Notes: a model not told the origin generated them from the letters alone. A stretch of DNA of 33,152 nt from a virus (IMGVR_UViG_3300031606_000002:1-33152); one strand, 5' to 3'. Numbered from the stretch's first letter, positions 1-8,046 are shown. Numbers and translations: made by a program.

Positions 1-122
1 GATGTAATACAAAATTCCAATATACTAAAAAACTATATGAATTATTTAAACTTCAATATAAAAGTAAAGCAAAATTAAAATATATTGAATGTTATAATCT
101 TTTAAAGCTAAGAACCTATTAA
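1..122 (+). CDS. 3' end of a hypothetical protein (truncated by window start)
   Basis: Frame starting at nt 3 is open (CNTKFQYTKKLYELF...LRTY) to TAA at 120-122, just before the ATG at 124. Confidence 0.45.
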   Translation, partial: CNTKFQYTKKLYELFKLQYKSKAKLKYIECYNLLKLRTY

Positions 123-123
123 A

Positions 124-312
124 ATGAATATTGAAGATTATTTATACTATGTTAATTATAGAAATAATCTAACTCAATTTATAATACAGAACTGCAGCTA
201 TACACAAAACAAAAAAAAGCAGAATAGAACCAATTTAAATGAAAGAGAGTTACTTGGATTGCTTAAAGAATTAAACGAAATAAACTTATACATTAAATTA
301 ATAGAAAAATAA
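124..312 (+). CDS. hypothetical protein, 62 aa
   Basis: ORF with ATG in tightly packed phage gene run. Confidence 0.6.
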   Translation: MNIEDYLYYVNYRNNLTQFIIQNCSYTQNKKKQNRTNLNERELLGLLKELNEINLYIKLIEK

Positions 313-322
313 ACGTTATATA
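313..322 (+). promoter_or_regulatory. ACGTTATATA late-promoter-like box (copy 1; upstream AAAAT element imperfect)
   Basis: Identical 10-mer at 8824, 15877, 16685, 19480, each 3-7 nt before an ATG. Confidence 0.65.
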
Positions 323-325
323 ACT

Positions 326-847
326 ATGATAGTAGACATTAATAAAGTTAAATACAATCCAGAAAACCCAAGAATAATAAAAGATTATAAATTTAAAAAA
401 CTTGTTAAAAGTATTAAGGAATTTCCTGAGATGTTAAAATTAAGACCTATTGTTGTGGATGAAAATATGATTGTTCTTGGTGGAAATATGAGATTAAAAG
501 CCTGCCACGAAGCAGGCTTCACAACTGTTCATATTTTAAAAGCAGAGAATTGGAGTGATAAACAAAAACAAGAATTTATTATAAAAGACAATGTAGGATT
601 TGGAGAATGGGATTGGGATATTCTTGCAAACGCTTGGGACACTAAAGAATTAGACGATTGGGGTTTAGAGGTTTGGGATACTAAAGATATTGATTTAGAT
701 GAATTTTTTATTGATGATACAACAGACAAAGAAGAAATAAATAAAATAATATTAGAATATAATAAAAAAGATTATGATTTTGTTTTAGAACAATTAAATA
801 AAAAAGAGGGAAGCAAAGAAGATATAGTACTAAATTTATTAAAATAA
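326..847 (+). CDS. ParB/Sulfiredoxin N-terminal domain protein
   Basis: NPENPR, LVKSIKEF, RPIVVD, GGNMRLKA motifs of phage ParB-like proteins that accompany DNA-modification genes. Confidence 0.85.
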   Translation: MIVDINKVKYNPENPRIIKDYKFKKLVKSIKEFPEMLKLRPIVVDENMIVLGGNMRLKACHEAGFTTVHILKAENWSDKQKQEFIIKDNVGFGEWDWDILANAWDTKELDDWGLEVWDTKDIDLDEFFIDDTTDKEEINKIILEYNKKDYDFVLEQLNKKEGSKEDIVLNLLK

Positions 848-850
848 TTA

Positions 851-1717
851 ATGCAAGTTTATATATGCATTCGAGGACCAATATCGCCTTTATGGAAAAC
901 ACTAATGAAAATATACTTAGCAGGGGGGGTAACGGGTAATATTAAAAACTATTGGAAAGAGTCAATGAAAGTATATTTAGCAGGTGGCAACTCGGGGTAT
1001 AAATGGGCAGGCGATTACAATGATTTAATTCAAAATAATAAACCTTTAATTCTTGAAAGTTATTTTTATTTAAAAAGTTACGATGAATGGATTTTAAATC
1101 TTAGACCTTTTTTTAAAGATTTTTTACTTGACTCAGGAGCGTTTACATATTTAAATGGTTTAAAAGAATCTCCTGATTGGGATAGATATATTGAAAATTA
1201 TGCTGATTTTATTAATAAACATAAAATTGATTTATTTATTGAATTAGATATTGATAGTGTTGTAGGAATTAAAGAGGTTGAAAGATTAAGAAATAAATTA
1301 GAAACATTAACTAATAAAAAAAGTATTCCTGTATGGCATAAAAGCAGAGGATTAGAATATTGGAAAAAAATGGTTAAAGATTATGATTATGTTTCTATTG
1401 GAGGAATTGTAACTAAAGAAATAAAACAAAGCGAATACGATATATTCACTATCTTATTAAGAATAGCAAGAGAAAATAATTGTAAAGTACACGGATTAGG
1501 TTTTACTAATTTTAAGGGATTACAAAAATATAAATTTTATTCAGTTGATTCTACTGCTTGGGTTTATGGCAATAGAGGAGGGTTTTTATATTTATTTAAA
1601 AATAATACTTTAACAAAAATAGAGCCAAAAGGAAAAAGATTAAAAGCCAGAAAAGGTGCTTTACATAATTTTACAGAATGGTTAAAGTTTAGCAAATATG
1701 CAGAAAACAATTTATAA
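851..1717 (+). CDS. dpdA: DpdA-like DNA guanine transglycosylase (TGT fold)
   Basis: FLLDSGAF, FIELD, IPVWH, YVSIGG, KVHGLG, SVDSTAW motifs typical of TGT/DpdA; adjacent to queC-queD-queE-folE; alternative in-frame starts at 905 and 965. Confidence 0.8.
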   Translation: MQVYICIRGPISPLWKTLMKIYLAGGVTGNIKNYWKESMKVYLAGGNSGYKWAGDYNDLIQNNKPLILESYFYLKSYDEWILNLRPFFKDFLLDSGAFTYLNGLKESPDWDRYIENYADFINKHKIDLFIELDIDSVVGIKEVERLRNKLETLTNKKSIPVWHKSRGLEYWKKMVKDYDYVSIGGIVTKEIKQSEYDIFTILLRIARENNCKVHGLGFTNFKGLQKYKFYSVDSTAWVYGNRGGFLYLFKNNTLTKIEPKGKRLKARKGALHNFTEWLKFSKYAENNL

Positions 1718-1726
1718 ATAAAAAAT

Positions 1727-2392
1727 ATGAAAAAAGCAATAGTACTACTATCAGGGGGGCAGGATTCTACAACTTGTTTATATTGGGCGAATCAAAAATT
1801 TGATTATGTAGAGGCGTTAGGTTTTGACTACGGGCAAAGCCATAAACAAGAATTAACACAAGCTAAAAAAATAGCTGAACGATTAAAAATAAATTATAAA
1901 GTTTTTAATATAAAAGGATTATTAGCATCGTCATCATTAACCGAACATACAGACCATAGTCAAAAAAGTTATATTGACAATGAATTACCCGCAAGTTTTA
2001 CATCAGGAAGAAATATATTATTTTTAACTATTGCTTCAAGTTATGGAGCAGAGCAAGGAATAAACGATTTAGTAACTGGAGTTTGTCAAACTGATTATAG
2101 CGGTTATCCTGATTGTAGAAAAACAACAATAGACTCATTACAAACCACTTTATCTTTAGGTTTAGGAGCAGGAGATTATAGAATACATACACCTTTAATG
2201 TATTTAAATAAAGCAGAGACTTGGAGAATGGCTAAAGATTTAAATTGCTTAGACATAATCATTAACGACACTCTTACAGATTACAATGGTGATATGACTA
2301 AAAACGAATGGGGTTTTGGAAATAAAGATAATCCTGCAACTGAGCTTAGAGTAAAAGGATATTACGAAGCTAAAGAAAAAGGTTGGATATGA
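1727..2392 (+). CDS. queC: 7-cyano-7-deazaguanine (preQ0) synthase QueC
   Basis: LLSGGQDS PP-loop, FDYGQ, GRNILF, YPDCR, TPLM..K motifs; C-terminal Zn cysteines absent (see findings). Confidence 0.93.
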   Translation: MKKAIVLLSGGQDSTTCLYWANQKFDYVEALGFDYGQSHKQELTQAKKIAERLKINYKVFNIKGLLASSSLTEHTDHSQKSYIDNELPASFTSGRNILFLTIASSYGAEQGINDLVTGVCQTDYSGYPDCRKTTIDSLQTTLSLGLGAGDYRIHTPLMYLNKAETWRMAKDLNCLDIIINDTLTDYNGDMTKNEWGFGNKDNPATELRVKGYYEAKEKGWI

Positions 2393-2796
2393 AAATAGAA
2401 AAGAAATATTATTTTTATGCAGGACATAGAAATAAAAAAGCAGGAGAAAAATGTTCAAGACTACACGGACATACCTACGATGTGAAATGTATCTTTAAAT
2501 TTACACAAATGAAAGATGGAGTTACAATGTTATTTAGTGATATAGATAATTTCGTAGAACCTATAATAAAATACTATGACCATTATTTTTTACTATGGGA
2601 TAAAGATTCTCTTTGTGATATATTAGATTTACATAATGAACCATACCGAAAATTAAATTTTGAGACATCAGCAGAGAATATGGCAATATGGTTATTTACA
2701 AGAATAAAGAATGAAACTAAACTCCCAATAATTAGAATTGAATTAGCTGAAACAAAATCAAGTACTATTATATATGAACCAGAAGTTAGCAATTAG
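2389..2796 (+). CDS. queD: 6-carboxy-5,6,7,8-tetrahydropterin synthase QueD
   Basis: AGHR, CSRLHGHTY, DH, SAENMA, ET motifs; ATG at 2389 overlaps queC stop (ATGA). Confidence 0.93.
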   Translation: MKIEKKYYFYAGHRNKKAGEKCSRLHGHTYDVKCIFKFTQMKDGVTMLFSDIDNFVEPIIKYYDHYFLLWDKDSLCDILDLHNEPYRKLNFETSAENMAIWLFTRIKNETKLPIIRIELAETKSSTIIYEPEVSN

Positions 2797-3505
2797 TGAA
2801 GTCTTTTACTCTATCCAAGGAGAGGGAAAGACTGTAGGAATACCAAGTGTGTTTGTAAGGCTCGGTGCTTGTAATTTAATGTGTGGTGGAATGGGAACTC
2901 AATTTGATGGTGAGTTACATAATGACGCAGAGTGGAGATGTGATACGGTAGAAGTTTGGATGAATGCTCAATCAATGGAAATAGATAAAATATTACCAGA
3001 AGATTGTAGACAAGCTATTAGAAAAGGTGCTCATATTATTTTAACAGGAGGAGAACCTATGATGCAGCAGAAAGGGTTAGAAAGTTTTATGAAATATGTT
3101 TACGATAATTTAAAACATAATGCTTTTTTTGAAGTTGAAACAAATGGAACAATAATGCCAAATGAATATTTATTGCTTAATATTAATTTATGGAATTGTA
3201 GTCCTAAATTATTAAATAGTGGAAACGATAGATCACAAGCTTTCAAAAGCGAAGTGATCAAAGTTCTTAATAATGTTAATGCTATTTTTAAATTTGTGAT
3301 AAATAAAAACAAAGAGTGGGAAGAAATCAAAGAATTGTATTTGCCAATAGTAGAGAGACAAAAAATCTATTTAATGCCTGCAGGAGAAAATCAAAAGCTA
3401 TTAAATGAAAATAAATTAAGAGTAGTTGAAATGGCAAAAGATAATTATTTAAATTTTACTACAAGATTACATATAGAAATTTGGAATAAAAAAACAGGAG
3501 TATGA
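2774..3505 (+). CDS. queE: 7-carboxy-7-deazaguanine synthase QueE (radical SAM)
   Basis: EVFYSIQGEG, FVRLGAC, TGGEP, VETNGT, SPK, RLH motifs; Cx3Cx18C cluster motif. Confidence 0.93.
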   Translation: MNQKLAISEVFYSIQGEGKTVGIPSVFVRLGACNLMCGGMGTQFDGELHNDAEWRCDTVEVWMNAQSMEIDKILPEDCRQAIRKGAHIILTGGEPMMQQKGLESFMKYVYDNLKHNAFFEVETNGTIMPNEYLLLNINLWNCSPKLLNSGNDRSQAFKSEVIKVLNNVNAIFKFVINKNKEWEEIKELYLPIVERQKIYLMPAGENQKLLNENKLRVVEMAKDNYLNFTTRLHIEIWNKKTGV

Positions 3506-4353
3506 ATAAAACTTATATAACGTGGGAAGTAGTATATGATAGATTAAATATTATTTTAAAAAATGCACATCCAGATACTAAATTTTATGGAGTTCCACGT
3601 GGTGGACAGATAGTAGCAGGAATGACAGGTAGAGCAGTAGATAAGATTGAAGATGCTGATATAATTATTGATGACTTAATTGATAGTGGAGCAACAGAAG
3701 AAAGATATAAAAAATATAATAAACCTTTTGTCGCTTTAATAGATAAACGTATTGAATTAAAAAACCAATGGCTTGTATTTCCGTGGGAGATTAAAGACAA
3801 AGATACTGAGGAAACTGTTGAAGATAACATCACAAGACTATTACAATACTTTGGAGAGGATGTAAATAGAGAAGGATTAAAAGATACACCAAAAAGATAT
3901 ATTAAATTCTTTGATGAGTTTTTAAATCCTCCTAAATGGAAGTGTACTACATTTGAGGGAGAGGGATACGATGAAATGATAATACAAAAGAACATTCCTT
4001 TTTATTCTTTATGTGAACATCATATAGCACCATTCTTTGGAGAGGGTCATATTGCATATATACCAGACAAAAAAATAATAGGATTAAGTAAACTTGCAAG
4101 AACCCTTGAAACATATTCCAGAAGATTACAAAATCAAGAAAGAATCACCACTCAAGTTGCTGAGTTTCTTTGGAATGAATTACAACCAAGAGGAGTAGCT
4201 GTTTCGCTTACTGCAAAACATCTATGTATGGAGATGAGAGGAGTAAAAAAACAAAACACTTGGACCACTACAAATAAACTGTTAGGATTCTTTAAAGATA
4301 TTCCTGAAGCACGAACTGAATTTTTTAATTCAATAACTATGAAAACAAATTAA
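3502..4353 (+). CDS. folE: GTP cyclohydrolase I FolE with N-terminal type I phosphoribosyltransferase-like domain
   Basis: C-terminal REGLKDTPKR, SLCEHH, GLSKLAR, RRLQNQER, HLCMEMRG; N-terminal YGVPRGG, IIDDLIDSGAT, WLVFPWE. Confidence 0.92.
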   Translation: MNKTYITWEVVYDRLNIILKNAHPDTKFYGVPRGGQIVAGMTGRAVDKIEDADIIIDDLIDSGATEERYKKYNKPFVALIDKRIELKNQWLVFPWEIKDKDTEETVEDNITRLLQYFGEDVNREGLKDTPKRYIKFFDEFLNPPKWKCTTFEGEGYDEMIIQKNIPFYSLCEHHIAPFFGEGHIAYIPDKKIIGLSKLARTLETYSRRLQNQERITTQVAEFLWNELQPRGVAVSLTAKHLCMEMRGVKKQNTWTTTNKLLGFFKDIPEARTEFFNSITMKTN

Positions 4354-4355
4354 TT

Positions 4356-4727
4356 ATGAACAAAACCGAACACCATAAAAAAGCATTACTCAAAGCACTT
4401 GAAAAAGGTTTAGGAGTCGTTACTGGAGCCTGTGAGAAAACAGGCGTAGGAAGAACTACTTACTATGAATGGTATAATAACGATAAAGACTTTAAAAGTA
4501 AAGTAGATGATTTACAAAATGTAGCTTTAGATTTTGCTGAAAGTCAACTACATAAACAGATAGCAAAACAATCAACTGCAGCTACTATTTTTTATTTAAA
4601 AACTAAAGGAAAGAAAAGAGGATATATAGAACGTCAAGAAATCACAGGAGCAGATGGAGTGCCTACTAATTTTAAAATTGAGATAATTGACAAAACCGAA
4701 GATGTCCGAACTCCCGATACAAACTAA
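4356..4727 (+). CDS. terS: terminase small subunit
   Basis: HTH-like N-terminus (ACEKTGVGRTTYYEW), AATIFYLKTKGKKRGY, QEITGADG; directly upstream of terL. Confidence 0.85.
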   Translation: MNKTEHHKKALLKALEKGLGVVTGACEKTGVGRTTYYEWYNNDKDFKSKVDDLQNVALDFAESQLHKQIAKQSTAATIFYLKTKGKKRGYIERQEITGADGVPTNFKIEIIDKTEDVRTPDTN

Positions 4728-5865
4728 TATTGTTTACAAACATTTAGTTAAAAGTAATAAAAAAATTGTAGTTGAACAAGGAGGAACTCGTTCAGGTAAA
4801 ACATACAATATACTTTTATTTATAATATTTCATTATTGTTCTAATAATACAAATAAGATAATTACTATTTGTCGCAAGACTTTCCCAAGTCTGCGAGCAA
4901 CTGTACTAAGAGACTTTTTACAAATATTAAATGAGCATCAAATATATAGAGAAGACGCTCATAATAAATCAAGTAGTGAATATATCTTATATGATAATTT
5001 AATTGAGTTTACATCCTTAGACCAATCACAAAAGATTAGAGGAAGGAAAAGGGATTTGCTTTTTATTAACGAAGCTAACGAACTCTACTGGGACGATTGG
5101 CAGCAGCTTATATTTAGAACACAGGAAAGAGTAATATTAGATTTCAATCCTTCAGATGAATACCATTGGATATATGATAAGATATTACCAAGAGAAGATT
5201 GCGAGTTTTATAAAACAACTTACTTAGACAATCCTTTTATAGAAGATGTAATAAGAGAAGAAATTGAAAGACTAAAAGAAACAGACGACCAGTATTGGCA
5301 GATTTATGGATTAGGAGAAAGGGCATCAAGTATCAATACAATATTTAAATATATTGAAATAAAACAAATACCAGAAGATGCTAAGTTTGTTTCTTATGGG
5401 GCAGACGCAGGATTTACGAATGATCCCTCAACCTTAATGAGCGTTTATATTAAAGATTATAATTTATATATAAAAGAGCATCTTTATAGAACAATGATGA
5501 CAACACTTGATATACATAATACGTTTAAAGAAAATGGAATCCAAAGACAACAAATTTATTTCGATTCTGCTGAACCTCGTTTAATTGCTGAACTTAGAAG
5601 AATGGGTTGGAATATTTTTCCAAGTTTAAAAGGACCCGATTCTGTTAATGCAGGAATTGATTTACTTAAAAGATATAAAATTCATATTACATCTGATTCA
5701 ACAAATACAATACAAGAGTTTAGGAATTATAAATGGCAGGAAGATAGAAGTGGAAAGACCATAAATAAACCGATTCAAAAATTTGACCACTGTATCGATG
5801 CTATTAGATACGCCACTTACTCTATTTTAAGTCGTCCTAACTTCGGTAGATATGCTATTCAATAA
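4702..5865 (+). CDS. terL: terminase large subunit (PBSX-like)
   Basis: Walker A GGTRSGKT, Walker B FINEANE, DFNP, RNase H-like DAGFTND and DHCIDAIRY; ATG at 4702 (TTG at 4687 alternative). Confidence 0.93.
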   Translation: MSELPIQTNIVYKHLVKSNKKIVVEQGGTRSGKTYNILLFIIFHYCSNNTNKIITICRKTFPSLRATVLRDFLQILNEHQIYREDAHNKSSSEYILYDNLIEFTSLDQSQKIRGRKRDLLFINEANELYWDDWQQLIFRTQERVILDFNPSDEYHWIYDKILPREDCEFYKTTYLDNPFIEDVIREEIERLKETDDQYWQIYGLGERASSINTIFKYIEIKQIPEDAKFVSYGADAGFTNDPSTLMSVYIKDYNLYIKEHLYRTMMTTLDIHNTFKENGIQRQQIYFDSAEPRLIAELRRMGWNIFPSLKGPDSVNAGIDLLKRYKIHITSDSTNTIQEFRNYKWQEDRSGKTINKPIQKFDHCIDAIRYATYSILSRPNFGRYAIQ

Positions 5866-5881
5866 GATTTATTTAAAAATA

Positions 5882-5913
5882 TTAGTATAATTAATATATA
5901 TTTTATATATTTA
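5882..5913 (+). promoter_or_regulatory. Bacteroidota-type sigma70 promoter variant TTAG-N20-TATATTTA
   Basis: Same spacing and sequence as 7147-7178 and 29489-29520; resembles TTTG-N19-21-TAnnTTTG. Confidence 0.6.
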
Positions 5914-5917
5914 CAGT

Positions 5918-6073
5918 ATGGAAAATCTAACAAACAAAACAGATGCCCAACTATTAGGAGTAATAGAAGGCAATTTAGTTAGTGTATTAAACTATGTAGA
6001 TATGCCTGACTATCAAAAAAATTGGGTTAAACAAGCATTACAGGCATCTCGACAAATAAATTATAATAGATAA
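5918..6073 (+). CDS. small hypothetical protein, 51 aa (MENLTNKTDAQLLGV...)
   Basis: Not in ORF track; ATG 4 nt after promoter box, stop overlaps next ATG (TAATG). Confidence 0.7.
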   Translation: MENLTNKTDAQLLGVIEGNLVSVLNYVDMPDYQKNWVKQALQASRQINYNR

Positions 6074-6360
6074 TGGGAACATCAAAAGATATTTTACTAA
6101 ATGAAATAGATGAGCTAAAAATACAATTAGCAGCAGCTAAAAAACATCATTACGTTTATGATACTCATTCATTACATTGTTCCGATGGTGAACTTTATAT
6201 GTATCATAACGGATTTGAAGATGAGGAGAAGTGCCTTGTAATCAACGTAGAGCAGCTTTTTAAAGACTTACCCTTCATTGTGAGCCAAGTAACTAAAGAG
6301 AATGCAAAGATGCAGGAGATGTACTTAAACAGCCTTAAAGAGACATTAAAAGAATTATAA
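6073..6360 (+). CDS. hypothetical protein, 95 aa
   Basis: ORF coupled on both sides by TAATG overlaps. Confidence 0.75.
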   Translation: MGTSKDILLNEIDELKIQLAAAKKHHYVYDTHSLHCSDGELYMYHNGFEDEEKCLVINVEQLFKDLPFIVSQVTKENAKMQEMYLNSLKETLKEL

Positions 6361-6467
6361 TGGAATTAGTATCAAATTGTTGTGGAGCAGAACCATATTT
6401 AAATAATTGGGAAACTTTTAGATGTTCAGATTGTAAAGAACATTGTGATTTTATAGATATTGATTAA
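6360..6467 (+). CDS. small Cys-rich (Zn-ribbon-like) protein, 35 aa (MELVSNCCGA...CSDCKEHC)
   Basis: Not in ORF track; TAATG overlap; SNCCGA and CxxCxxHC pattern. Confidence 0.7.
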   Translation: MELVSNCCGAEPYLNNWETFRCSDCKEHCDFIDID

Positions 6468-6483
6468 TTTAAATTAAAGAATT

Positions 6484-6672
6484 ATGAGACCAATGAGAGA
6501 AATAGGCAGATTAATAATTGCATTTTTTAATCCACCACCTTCTGGTAATTTTTGGATAAGAATAGATAAAAAAATGAAAACGCAAGAAGATAAAAATAAT
6601 TTAATATATTCAACTATTGAATTATTAAATTTAGAAATTGAGGTAGATGATAAGCAAAATACAAAATACTAA
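6484..6672 (+). CDS. hypothetical protein, 62 aa
   Basis: ORF with A-rich start context. Confidence 0.6.
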   Translation: MRPMREIGRLIIAFFNPPPSGNFWIRIDKKMKTQEDKNNLIYSTIELLNLEIEVDDKQNTKY

Positions 6673-6931
6673 AGACCTTTCATTTTATAATAATGCTATT
6701 TTATTAGTTGAGTTATTAAATAAAAAAGTTAATGACAATATAGATGACAAAGAGCTTATTGAAATGCAATCTTGCTTAATAGATATTTGTTTTTATGTAA
6801 ATAATTTACAAACTCATTTAGCTAATATCAAAATACAAAATAGCAAGTTAAGGGAATTAAGAAATGATGCTTTATTAAGAGCAGATGAATTAACTGAAGA
6901 AATTGAATGGATAGAAAAAAATCAAGTATGA
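6647..6931 (+). CDS. hypothetical coiled-coil protein, 94 aa
   Basis: ORF, heptad-like C-terminal half. Confidence 0.65.
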   Translation: MISKIQNTKDLSFYNNAILLVELLNKKVNDNIDDKELIEMQSCLIDICFYVNNLQTHLANIKIQNSKLRELRNDALLRADELTEEIEWIEKNQV

Positions 6932-7110
6932 TAAAATTAGATAAGTATAAACAGAACCTTGCCGTACAAGGAAACAAAGTATGGAGTTATTCAACTCACG
7001 TTGCCACGATAGAAGGCAACGAGTTGCACCAATTAGGATGGTGGTCAATGACTACTCAGAAACATATTAATTATGTAGCTAAGGAATATGGTCTTACATT
7101 AATAAAATAA
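6928..7110 (+). CDS. hypothetical protein (YSTHVA...WWSMTTQKHINYVA)
   Basis: ATG at 6928 overlaps upstream stop (ATGA); SxTTxKH-type motif. Confidence 0.7.
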   Translation: MIKLDKYKQNLAVQGNKVWSYSTHVATIEGNELHQLGWWSMTTQKHINYVAKEYGLTLIK

Positions 7111-7113
7111 CCA

Positions 7114-7178
7114 TTTTATTTATAATCAATATAAATAAAGAATTAATTAGTTGGTTTAATATATATTTTGTATATTTA
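7114..7178 (+). promoter_or_regulatory. palindromic operator TTATTTATA-N5-TATAAATAA plus TTAG-N20-TATATTTA promoter (copy 1)
   Basis: 65-nt ungapped near-repeat of 29456-29520. Confidence 0.7.
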
Positions 7179-7218
7179 AAGTATATTAATAATTAAGTTA
7201 ATATAAAATAACAAACAA

Positions 7219-7452
7219 ATGGAAAAATTAAAATTAAATAGAAGTAAAGATTACGACAGAAATTTAGAAACTTTTGGAGATGATGGTTCAAATTGTTTTA
7301 TCTGTGGAAGAAAAACTAATGAAAAACATTTTATTCATTATACTACTGATGGAGATTTAGTTCCATATAACGCAGAAGTTGAAAACTCTCAAGGAGTTTT
7401 TCCAATAGGTCCAATGTGTAAAAATAAATTACCAAAAGAATTTATAGGATAA
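7219..7452 (+). CDS. hypothetical protein, possible Zn finger (CFICG...GPMC)
   Basis: ORF between promoter and terminator. Confidence 0.7.
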   Translation: MEKLKLNRSKDYDRNLETFGDDGSNCFICGRKTNEKHFIHYTTDGDLVPYNAEVENSQGVFPIGPMCKNKLPKEFIG

Positions 7453-7459
7453 TAACAAC

Positions 7460-7481
7460 GGGGGTGTAAAAACCCCCTTTT
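7460..7481 (+). terminator. intrinsic terminator
   Basis: GGGGGT-GTAAAA-ACCCCC followed by TTTT. Confidence 0.7.
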
Positions 7482-7493
7482 AAATTTTAACAA

Positions 7494-7685
7494 ATGACAG
7501 AAATAGATTATATTAAAAGAGATATTAAAGCTCTTAAAAGAGATATTAAAGCTCTTAAAAAGCATTTAAAGAATTGTATAACAAATAATACAATGTACTT
7601 AATACCTGTTCTTAAAAATCAATTAGAAAGATTAGAACAAACAAAGTTTAATTTAGAAGTAGAACAATATAAAGATTTTTTCTAA
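7494..7685 (+). CDS. hypothetical coiled-coil protein with internal heptad duplication
   Basis: ORF; (KRDIKAL)x2. Confidence 0.65.
   Translation: MTEIDYIKRDIKALKRDIKALKKHLKNCITNNTMYLIPVLKNQLERLEQTKFNLEVEQYKDFF
7513..7560 (+). repeat. 21-bp perfect tandem duplication TTAAAAGAGATATTAAAGCTC x2.3
   Basis: Direct reading. Confidence 0.9.
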
Positions 7686-8008
7686 TGTTAGATTTAAATA
7701 CAAAATATAAAAAAGTAAAGGTTAAAAAAAATTTTTTAATTATACATTATCATATTAATAATTTATTAGGAAACACCGATGCTATAGGACAACAAAAAGG
7801 TAAAATAGCAATAAATTTAATAAACATAGAATCTTTAGAAAAAGAAATCTTAATTGAGAAAAAAAACAAAAATAGTAATAAAAATAAAATTACTAAAACT
7901 CGAACCTTAATTAGAAAAATTAGAATAGAAAATGCTTGGTATCAAGATTGGATAAGAGAACTACAAGATGAATGTAAAGAGATAAAAAATATATTAAAAA
8001 AACTATAA
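7685..8008 (+). CDS. hypothetical basic protein, 107 aa
   Basis: ORF, TAATG coupling. Confidence 0.6.
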   Translation: MLDLNTKYKKVKVKKNFLIIHYHINNLLGNTDAIGQQKGKIAINLINIESLEKEILIEKKNKNSNKNKITKTRTLIRKIRIENAWYQDWIRELQDECKEIKNILKKL

Positions 8009-8046
8009 TGATTAATAAATTCTTAAATCAAAATCCAAATAATTGG

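Noticed and set aside
1718-1726. preQ1 riboswitch upstream of queC
   Set aside because: Only 9 nt intergenic and no aptamer-like hairpin seen
923-1759. Phase variation at G7 (923-929) and G6 (1754-1759)
   Set aside because: Both encode conserved Gly-Gly and are short; not supportable alone without read data
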